Source: Candidatus Omnitrophota bacterium
Lineage (GTDB): Bacteria; Omnitrophota; Gorgyraeia; Zapsychrales; JANLHA01
Direction of reading: 5' to 3'
Assembly (NCBI GenBank): GCA_963662715.1
Contig: OY759724.1
Location: 420,001 to 452,000, forward strand
DNA length: 32,000 nt
The translations under genes and the position numbers were made by a program. Under the pieces are notes generated by a model that ran no database searches, was not told the DNA's origin, and saw only the letters and a program-made list of their open reading frames with translations. Shown piece by piece: positions 24,883-32,000 of the stretch; within the stretch, counting starts at the first letter, position 1; every line of letters begins with the position of its first letter.

Positions 24883-25371
24883 TTATTCCGCCTCCTCATG
24901 AGAACGTATCACCTGAGCAACGGCATCCAGCAAAGTTTTCAGGTTAAAAGGTTTGGTGAGAAAGCCCTGAACACCGAAAGCCTGAGCGATCTCTTTTATG
25001 TTATATTCGGAAATAATCACTTTTTCATTCTGGTCTTTCGGAGCATCCGGGTCGACATCCGCTTTCCATTTCGTCTGTTCACTCTGCTGGAACAATGTCA
25101 ACTCCCCTAACCCGCTCATAAGGATAATAGGGGTGTTCCGGGTCGCTTCATTCTTACGAATATCCCTGATAAGCTGGTCTCCTTTAATCTGGGGCATAAC
25201 CAAATCCGACAGAATAAGATCCGGCTGCAAAGACAGGACCAATTCCTTACCCTTTGCCCCGTCATGGGCCATATGCACTTCGTAAGACTGGGTCTGCTGC
25301 AGGATGTCTTTAATTAATGAAGCCAAATCTTTTTCATCATCAATAACAACAATCACTTTCTTATCCGGCAT
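24883..25371 (-). CDS. single-domain response regulator with a roughly 30-residue insertion
   Basis: 162-aa ORF. VVIDDE...LILSDLVMPQIKG...IILMSG...FLTKPF. The start overlaps the kinase end by 11 nt. Confidence 0.85.
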   Translation of the reverse strand: MPDKKVIVVIDDEKDLASLIKDILQQTQSYEVHMAHDGAKGKELVLSLQPDLILSDLVMPQIKGDQLIRDIRKNEATRNTPIILMSGLGELTLFQQSEQTKWKADVDPDAPKDQNEKVIISEYNIKEIAQAFGVQGFLTKPFNLKTLLDAVAQVIRSHEEAE

Positions 25372-28300
25372 CTTCTCCCTCCTCTTCTTTTACACCTTTA
25401 AGAGGCAGCTTGACAATAACATCCGTCCCCTTTCCTTCCTGGCTTTGAATATCAATTGTGCCCTGGTGTCTTTCGACAATTTTGTAGACCAGGCTCAACC
25501 CCAGCCCCGTCCCGTCCCCCTGATCTTTAGTCGTATAAAAAGGCTCCATAATCCGTTTAAGGATATGCGGCGGCATGCCGCAGCCCGTATCAGAAATCGT
25601 TAATTTTATTTCTTTCGGTTCTTTTTCAGGACCGTTGACAAGGTCTGTCCGCAAAATGACCTTGCCCTCATCTTCAATGGCATCAATAGCATTGCTGAGA
25701 ATATTCAATATGACCTGTGTTATGAGAACAGGATCTCCATCGATGATAAGAGCCTCGTGGTTCAGGAGTATCGTTTCATATTGAATATTCTTCATGATAG
25801 ATTTCTTTTTGGCAAAATCAAGGGCTTTCGCGATGATATCCGTGATATCAAAAGGAACGATCTGCATCTCTGACTGACGGGAAAAAGACAATAAGTCGCC
25901 AACCACTTTATTCGCTCTTTGGACAGCATCTTTGATCATTTTCAACCGCTCCTGCAGTTCCGGCTTGATATCCGGAAGACACATTTCGAAAGATTCTATA
26001 CTCAAGGCAATGATGGCCAAAGGATTCTTAATCTCATGCGCGACCCCGGCTGAGAGCTGCCCGATGGCCGACATTTTCTCGGAGTGAAGCAGCTGCTCCT
26101 GAGTATCCCGCAACTCCTGGTTAACCTTTGCCAAATCGTTAAAAAGATGCTTCTTCAGTTCATCCTCCTTTTTCCTGTCCGAGATATCGCTCGAAATCCC
26201 CAATACGCCGATAACATCATTCTTATTGTTCACCAAAGGAACTTTACTGGACAACAGCATGGCTTGCTGTCCATTATACTGGTGTTTCGTCTCTTCGAAA
26301 TCGATCAGCGCTTTTTTCTTTAATATGACTTTCTGGTCGGTTTCCCGGGCAAAATCGACTTCCTCCGGCGTCCAGGGTAATTCCGCATCGGTCTTGCCGA
26401 TGATCCTTTCGGGAGTCTCCAGCCCCGCTTTCTTGGCATACGAAATATTGCATCCCAGATACCGCCCTTCCGTGTCCTTCCAGAATACATCATAGGGGAT
26501 ACAGGCAATAAGGTTGGCAAAAAGGTCCTTTTGCCCTTTCAGCTGGCTCTCCATCTGTCTGCGGGCGGTCACATCTATACAATACTCGATGAGCTGAGTG
26601 ACCTCTCCGTCAGGATCAAAAATCGGACACCCGGTAATTTCAAATATTTTTATGCTTCCGTCCCGGGCACAATGAACATGCTCAACCGTCACATCGCTTT
26701 TTGTTTTCTGGACGATTTCAACAGGGCACAACTCCCCCTCTTTAGAACAGGGCATCGAACTTTTATGATTCAGCTCATGACAAAGCAGCTTTTTCTCCGA
26801 GGGATTGATATTGGCGGCTTTGTTAAACAGGACCACTTCTTTTGTGTTAACATCAATAACATATAACGGATAATGGAAAGAATTTATAACACTCTGAAGG
26901 AATTCATTCTGCGCTTTGATCTTTTCTTTCGCCTGAATCTGAGCGGTAATATCATCATAAATGGCCACAACTTCAGAGGAGGATAATTTATAAACGGAAT
27001 TCTTGGCCCAAAAAGCCCCTCTGTCATCTTCATATTTCGAAATCAAAGTCTCTGAGCGGCCGCTTTGATGTACTCTCCGGAAAATATTTAAAAGGCCCAT
27101 AGTTTCAACACCCGGAAAAACCTCCTTGACATTTTTATCAATCAGGTTCTCCGCCCGGTCCCCGCTAATGATTTCCGCGGCCTTATTGAATTCCTTAAAA
27201 ACAAAATCCTGCCCGTCATTGACCGCTTTGTAGACCGCCACCCCCGAGTCCATATTCTCAAACAACCCCCGGTATTTGCGTTCGTTTTTCACCAATTTTC
27301 GATTGAGAAAGAAAAAACGGACAGTAACTATGACGATACCGCTGACCAGGACAAAAACAAAAATGAACCAAAGCCAATATTGCCGAACAAATTTTTTCAA
27401 AGTGATCTTCCCATAATTAGCATAGCTCCCGATACCAAGATCCTGTAAAAGGTCATAAACAGGAGTGTAATTCAGAGGAGTGACCCAGCCGGCATAGTTC
27501 CCTTTTATCGCCGCGAACTGGTCCGGCTCTATACGCAACAAAGCGATAGCGACTTTATTGGAAATTTCGTCATCTATATGCCTGGCCTTCGCAAACGGCC
27601 AATCCGGGTAAACGGCGGTGCTTGCGGGGATTTCATGACCGCGGACGGATTCTTTCTGATAGGCTAGATGTAATGTCTTATGATCAATGAACTTTTTTCC
27701 TATTAAAAAAGCAAAATCATTGAGATCAATTTTACCTTCTTCCTGCAAACTCTCGAGAATTCCTGTCCGGATGATTCCGGCATCATAGTCTCTCTCGTAA
27801 ACCGCCTTCACGACGTCATCTTCTCCGTGCCCGAAAGCGACCCGGGCAAAGAAACGGAACGGATCAAGCCTCCGCGTCCTCATGTCCTGATAAACAGCAA
27901 GCCAGCCTCCCAAGGACAGTTCATCAACCGCGATAAGGGTTTTGCTCTTCAAGTCATTCAGGGTTTTGATGTCCTTGCGGTCCGACCTGATAAAAACAAC
28001 TCCTCCGTATAAAGAAGACCTCTCCCCGCTGGCTTTGGCACGGCTTATCGTCGCAATGCGCTGCAATCCCAGCCTAAGCCCCATCTCCGCGTACAAGGAA
28101 GAATTCAGGATAAGAAAATCAACTTCATCCGCCTCGACAGCAGGGATGATTTCATGAAAATCAAGCGGGACAATCTCAAAAAAAGCCCCCGGGATCCGTT
28201 GAGACAGATAATCGGCCGTAGCTGTCCATTGACGCAGACATTCCTGTTTGCCGCGATTCGCTAATATCCCGAGTTTATATCGCTGCGCAGCCTTCTTTTC

Positions 28301-28387
28301 CTCTGTCTGATGAAAGGCAAAAGCCGCCCCCCGGCATAAGATGAAAAGAAAAACCACAGCAAAAATCAAAAAAGACTTTTTTCTCAT
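25361..28387 (-). CDS. sensor histidine kinase with a periplasmic PhnD-like solute-binding domain, TM helix, three PAS-like modules, HisKA and HATPase
   Basis: 1008-aa ORF with a signal peptide. Residues about 35-330 resemble phosphonate-type periplasmic binding proteins (YKLGILANRG...VDFLILNS...GGVVFIRSD). TM at about 337-360. H-box GVAHEIKNPL. N/G boxes LNILSNAIDA, DTGCGM, GTGLGLS. Confidence 0.9.
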   Translation of the reverse strand: MRKKSFLIFAVVFLFILCRGAAFAFHQTEEKKAAQRYKLGILANRGKQECLRQWTATADYLSQRIPGAFFEIVPLDFHEIIPAVEADEVDFLILNSSLYAEMGLRLGLQRIATISRAKASGERSSLYGGVVFIRSDRKDIKTLNDLKSKTLIAVDELSLGGWLAVYQDMRTRRLDPFRFFARVAFGHGEDDVVKAVYERDYDAGIIRTGILESLQEEGKIDLNDFAFLIGKKFIDHKTLHLAYQKESVRGHEIPASTAVYPDWPFAKARHIDDEISNKVAIALLRIEPDQFAAIKGNYAGWVTPLNYTPVYDLLQDLGIGSYANYGKITLKKFVRQYWLWFIFVFVLVSGIVIVTVRFFFLNRKLVKNERKYRGLFENMDSGVAVYKAVNDGQDFVFKEFNKAAEIISGDRAENLIDKNVKEVFPGVETMGLLNIFRRVHQSGRSETLISKYEDDRGAFWAKNSVYKLSSSEVVAIYDDITAQIQAKEKIKAQNEFLQSVINSFHYPLYVIDVNTKEVVLFNKAANINPSEKKLLCHELNHKSSMPCSKEGELCPVEIVQKTKSDVTVEHVHCARDGSIKIFEITGCPIFDPDGEVTQLIEYCIDVTARRQMESQLKGQKDLFANLIACIPYDVFWKDTEGRYLGCNISYAKKAGLETPERIIGKTDAELPWTPEEVDFARETDQKVILKKKALIDFEETKHQYNGQQAMLLSSKVPLVNNKNDVIGVLGISSDISDRKKEDELKKHLFNDLAKVNQELRDTQEQLLHSEKMSAIGQLSAGVAHEIKNPLAIIALSIESFEMCLPDIKPELQERLKMIKDAVQRANKVVGDLLSFSRQSEMQIVPFDITDIIAKALDFAKKKSIMKNIQYETILLNHEALIIDGDPVLITQVILNILSNAIDAIEDEGKVILRTDLVNGPEKEPKEIKLTISDTGCGMPPHILKRIMEPFYTTKDQGDGTGLGLSLVYKIVERHQGTIDIQSQEGKGTDVIVKLPLKGVKEEEGEDAG

Positions 28388-29430
28388 TTCATAACCCAGT
28401 CTATTGTTGACAATTGACTTTCGTCCAAAGAAATCCCAAACTTTTCAGCCGTCCTAAGATTGATCATCTTGTAAAGAGCCCCTGCCTTTTTTATCGGCAA
28501 ATCCTTCACTTGGGCCCCCTGCAGCATTTTAAGAGCCATCGTGCCGGCCTCAAAACCATGTTCATAGCCGGACTCTCCCACGCCGCAGAGCATACCGTCC
28601 TGAACGCCGAAATCAAAAAAACCCACAATAGGGATATCGGCATGTGTGAGCGTCCAGTCCATGATATCCCCGGGAGGCATCCGGGCATCCTGGTCTCCGT
28701 CCGCCCTTATGGTATGATATAAATAAACAAATATAGCGTCCGCATAAAGGTTGTAATATTCAACGCGGGCTTTCCAGGTCGAGAAATCCTTGATGATGTG
28801 ATATCCCAAAACCTTGACTCCGACAGTATCCTCGTGAGTTAAGAAATTGTACGCCCCCATGGAATCCGGACTGCTATCGCTCAAAACAGCAACTTTTTTT
28901 ATCCGGAAACCCAGGGATTTCAAAAACATGATATTCCGGGCAAAATGCGGCCGTTCAAGAATACCTGTTGTATTATCTGCGGGCAACCGGTAACTTTCCA
29001 AGTCCCCGTTCACGCCGCAGAAAACAAACGGAGGGTGCCGCAGGCCTAAATATTTTTGGGTGACAAAAATTTGGGCAGTGTCGTCAGCGGCGATAATAAC
29101 ATCGGGTTTGAATTCGGCTATTTTTTCCTGGATACTCTGGGCGACAGAGACCTTTTCATCCGACAGGGGATTCTGACAAGAATTCATATAAGTAATATCC
29201 AGAATCAGCTTCCGGTCACCGAAAGCTTCTCTCACGCCCTTTGTGATCGCCTGCCCCCAGGGAGACCCGGCTTCAACGCTATGCACTAACAGGACTTTTT
29301 TAACGTCCTGCGCAAAAAGTAAAGAGTCCTGCCCCACAATGACGGAACAAACCAGCAGGGTGCCTACCACAAAATTATTTGTGAAATCTCTGTGAATTTT
29401 TCTAATATGAAAACATTCCATAAATTGCAC
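28384..29430 (-). CDS. periplasmic solute-binding protein (ABC_sub_bind/PF04392-like), no cognate permease or ATPase nearby
   Basis: 348-aa ORF from a GTG at 29430 (alternative ATG at 29421). Signal peptide ending LLFAQD. C-terminal YKMINLRTAEKFGISL is typical of this family. 4-nt overlap (ATGA) with the kinase gene. Confidence 0.75.
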   Translation of the reverse strand: MQFMECFHIRKIHRDFTNNFVVGTLLVCSVIVGQDSLLFAQDVKKVLLVHSVEAGSPWGQAITKGVREAFGDRKLILDITYMNSCQNPLSDEKVSVAQSIQEKIAEFKPDVIIAADDTAQIFVTQKYLGLRHPPFVFCGVNGDLESYRLPADNTTGILERPHFARNIMFLKSLGFRIKKVAVLSDSSPDSMGAYNFLTHEDTVGVKVLGYHIIKDFSTWKARVEYYNLYADAIFVYLYHTIRADGDQDARMPPGDIMDWTLTHADIPIVGFFDFGVQDGMLCGVGESGYEHGFEAGTMALKMLQGAQVKDLPIKKAGALYKMINLRTAEKFGISLDESQLSTIDWVMK

Positions 29431-29578
29431 CCGACAGAATTCATGTTTACCAACGGCTTACCTCTGCGGGGGAGGCAGGATATCAGCGTTAACATCAGCT
29501 ATCAGCGCGGCACAATATTTTCGGGCAGAAAGCAGACAGGCCGTTACCTATTATAAATAAATAGGTTATATTGTTCTC

Positions 29579-29607
29579 AGTATATCTTTGAAGTCAGGTC
29601 TGTTCAA
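29579..29607 (-). promoter_or_regulatory. candidate sigma70-type promoter (TTGAAC-17-TATACT) for the signalling operon
   Basis: On the minus strand the -35 is at 29607-29602 and the -10 at 29584-29579, with a 17-nt spacer. It is followed by a leader of about 140-150 nt before the binding-protein start. Confidence 0.4.
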
Positions 29608-29628
29608 TTAATAATAGTATTTTTTTAG

Positions 29629-29656
29629 AAAAAAAATAAAAGGTTTGAAACCCCTT
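29629..29656 (-). terminator. weak intrinsic terminator after treY
   Basis: Minus strand: AAGGGG-UUUCAAA-CCUUUU (2 GC, 2 GU and 2 AU pairs) followed by AUUUUUUUU. It starts about 30 nt after the treY stop. Confidence 0.3.
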
Positions 29657-29686
29657 CTCTGCCGGCCCCAGGCAAAACAGGGTCTG

Positions 29687-32000
29687 TTAAAAGACGCTAA
29701 CAAGGAGGGCCACAGGACAAGCGGAAAAGACATCTCCGGCCAGAAAGGTGTCCGGAGATTCCATAACCTGGTGGGTGAAAATATTTTTAAACCGCTTGGG
29801 AGCTGCGGGGGGCAGGATAATTTTTGTATCCTGCCAAAGGTGTCCCAGCGGCAGGGATTCCTTACCGCTGATCTGGGTCAAAAAGCGCGGGACAATGGTT
29901 ATGCTCCACTTATCATCCCAAACGCGCGCATAAGCGATAAGACAATCTTTGAACCGGCCCTGGGTTTCCAAAGGGATATACTCACCCCGCCCGTAAACAT
30001 CCCGGGACTTCTGCCGTTCTTCCAGAGCGTTCATCATGACAAAAAACTTTATAGCGCCGCTCGTCTTGTCAGAGAGCAGCCTCTCAATGATGGCGGGCCG
30101 GTCCCCCTCCTGCTTCAACTCTTTCATATAACGATCCCTTAAATCAAAATCAACCGGACGCCGGTTGTCCGGATCAACCAGAGTGAAATCCCACAGCTCT
30201 GTTCCCTGATAAAAATCGGGAACGCCGGGGGACGTAATCTTCAAGACCACCTGAGACAGAGAGTTAAAAAGCCCATAATGTTCAATGGTCTGCTTGAAAA
30301 CAAGAAAATCCTCCAGAAAGGCATTGTGTTCTTTTTCCTCCAGGAGCTTATCAAAAAATTCCACACAGGCTTTTTCGTATTCACTGTCCGGTTTGATCCA
30401 GGCTGTGTGAACTTTGGCTTCCCGGACCGATTTGATAATATAATCCCGGATACGCTGTTTATACGTTGACAGGTCATCAAAATGAGACGGAAACGTTCCC
30501 AGCAATGTCTGGTAAATAAAATACTCGTCGTTGGCATCCGGCATCGTTTGAGCGTTTTTCTTATGTTTTTTGGGCCGGTTAAATTTTTTCCAGCGGGCCA
30601 AAGCCTGCTTCCACTCAACAGGGATCTCCGACAAAACATTAATTCTGGCCCGGACATCCTCGCCTCTTTTGGTGTCATGCGTAGCCGTGGCATTCATGGA
30701 AAAAGGACAATATCGCTGGCGCCAACCATTAAAAGCGTGGAAATCCGGCAGAGAAAGGCCAAACAAGCTCGGCTCACCGCCCACCTCATTCAGAGATATC
30801 AATTTGTTATATGTGTAGAACATCGTATCTTCAAAACCTTTCGCCATAATAGGGGCCGTCAGCTGTTGAAACCGTTTGATAAAATGCCAGAAATCATTTT
30901 TTTCCGTTTCGCTGAGCTGTTCTACCAGGTCCAAAAGCAAAAACTTTTCAATAAAATGGATTTCATAACAAAGCCCCGGGGCTCTCTGCCGGGCCTTCAT
31001 AATGGCCTGGGAAATAAACCGCCTGTCCTGTTCCGTGAAAAGCTCCTGGCTGATGTAGGTGCGGTACACGGGGAAAAAACTCATAACCTCAACCAAGGCT
31101 CTTCTTAAACCATACAAAGTGATATCCCGGCCATATCTGTCCCGGCTGGCGACCTTCTTCATTAAATAGGCCAGATTATCAATGTCCCCGGCCATATGCT
31201 TGCCAATGATCAAGCGCTTTTTATGGACCACTAACTGCTCATAAACTGTCGTCAATTTCGTAAAACGAAAATAGATTTTATTAAACTCTTTTTCATGATC
31301 TTTACGGCAGAATACGCCATTAACGGCATTCAGGAAATCATAGCCGGTCGTTCCCTGAATGGGCCAACTGGGAGCAAGGCGTTCTTCCTGAGCCAGAATC
31401 TTTTCCGCCACGATATAGATATCCCCGACATCCTGTCGCAAGCGGTTCAAATAGGCCTGCGGGTCATAGAGGCCGTCGATGTGATCAATACGTAATCCGT
31501 GGATTCTTCCTTCCTGAATAAGACGCTGAATAAGGGCATGCGTGACGGAAAAAACATCTTCCTTCTCAACGCGTAGAGAAATAAGGTCATTGATAGTGAA
31601 AAATCTCCGGTAATTCAGTTCCTCTGAGGCGACCTTCCAGAAAGACAGCCGGAAACATTGTTCGGAAAGGAGTTCATCGAGCACTTGAAAACTCGCCACA
31701 TGTCCCTTCTCGCCGTTAATAAGCTGCACATTATCGTCTAAAAATGTTTTTATGTCAGCAACCGAAGAATAAAGTTCCCATAATGAGTTTTTCGCATAAG
31801 TCAGCCTGTCATAAGAGCCGTGCGCGGACTCTGCGGGAATCGTGTCAAAAAGGTCGACGATGCCATAATATTTGAACAGATCCGCCGAAGTTTCTCCCAA
31901 CATCTCCACCAGCTTTTGAATACGAAGCATTAATATTTTCCGGTAAGACTTAAAATACAAAGGGAAATTGTGATCATAATAGTTGAGGGAAAAGCCCCGG
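29687..32000 (-). CDS. treY: malto-oligosyltrehalose synthase (partial; the N-terminus lies beyond the window edge)
   Basis: The frame is open to position 32000 (the track start at 31960 is an internal TTG). GH13-type catalytic motif HGLRIDHIDGLYDP, and the long C-terminal region typical of TreY. Confidence 0.85.
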   Translation of the reverse strand, partial: RGFSLNYYDHNFPLYFKSYRKILMLRIQKLVEMLGETSADLFKYYGIVDLFDTIPAESAHGSYDRLTYAKNSLWELYSSVADIKTFLDDNVQLINGEKGHVASFQVLDELLSEQCFRLSFWKVASEELNYRRFFTINDLISLRVEKEDVFSVTHALIQRLIQEGRIHGLRIDHIDGLYDPQAYLNRLRQDVGDIYIVAEKILAQEERLAPSWPIQGTTGYDFLNAVNGVFCRKDHEKEFNKIYFRFTKLTTVYEQLVVHKKRLIIGKHMAGDIDNLAYLMKKVASRDRYGRDITLYGLRRALVEVMSFFPVYRTYISQELFTEQDRRFISQAIMKARQRAPGLCYEIHFIEKFLLLDLVEQLSETEKNDFWHFIKRFQQLTAPIMAKGFEDTMFYTYNKLISLNEVGGEPSLFGLSLPDFHAFNGWRQRYCPFSMNATATHDTKRGEDVRARINVLSEIPVEWKQALARWKKFNRPKKHKKNAQTMPDANDEYFIYQTLLGTFPSHFDDLSTYKQRIRDYIIKSVREAKVHTAWIKPDSEYEKACVEFFDKLLEEKEHNAFLEDFLVFKQTIEHYGLFNSLSQVVLKITSPGVPDFYQGTELWDFTLVDPDNRRPVDFDLRDRYMKELKQEGDRPAIIERLLSDKTSGAIKFFVMMNALEERQKSRDVYGRGEYIPLETQGRFKDCLIAYARVWDDKWSITIVPRFLTQISGKESLPLGHLWQDTKIILPPAAPKRFKNIFTHQVMESPDTFLAGDVFSACPVALLVSVF

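Noticed and set aside
29645-31108. Plus-strand ORFs (29645-30142, 30482-31108 and others) antisense to treY
   Set aside because: They lie inside a long, motif-supported treY reading frame, and their translations have no domain signatures. They are shadow ORFs.
1-32000. CRISPR arrays, tRNA/rRNA genes, insertion sequences, integrases, prophage remnants
   Set aside because: The intergenic regions are short (the longest is about 256 nt). None shows spaced direct repeats, cloverleaf-like structure or terminal inverted repeats, and no ORF resembles a transposase, integrase or reverse transcriptase. This was judged by eye only.

Overview
This is a 32-kb, gene-dense bacterial chromosomal window with 36 supported CDS, 34 of them on the minus strand. 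I saw no rRNA, tRNA, CRISPR array, transposase, integrase or prophage signature. In the direction of transcription (high to low coordinate) it contains the following. (1) Partial treY (malto-oligosyltrehalose synthase). (2) An eight-gene co-directional locus. Its first part is a signalling module: periplasmic binding protein, binding-domain/PAS histidine kinase, two response regulators without output domains, and a membrane protein built from three internal repeats. A promoter, a roughly 135-nt leader and an intrinsic terminator separate it from a three-gene module: B12-binding radical SAM enzyme, small TM protein, and an Fe-S/FMN oxidoreductase resembling glutamate synthase domain 2. (3) A long housekeeping string: trxA-panD-def-lipA-(flippase-like)-(YacP/NYN)-mlaE-(lipoprotein)-mlaF-mlaD-yggT, then ybaB-(PC4/YdbC-like)-greA. 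(4) A divergent envelope-glycan module, with a GT-C-like membrane protein on +, and a Gfo/Idh/MocA oxidoreductase, LbH acetyltransferase, GT2 transferase, Zn-ribbon membrane protein and lipoprotein on -. (5) rlmB and an HD-family hydrolase. (6) A phosphorelay: PAS hybrid kinase, Hpt, and a membrane-anchored protein of unknown function. The Mla genes and lipoboxes indicate a diderm host; the phylum cannot be assigned from the sequence alone. The best candidates for something undescribed are the radical-SAM/TM/FMN operon with its terminator-containing leader, and the adjacent two-component locus that lacks any output domain. All functional calls rest on motif recognition by eye and recalled family signatures; no search or computation was run.
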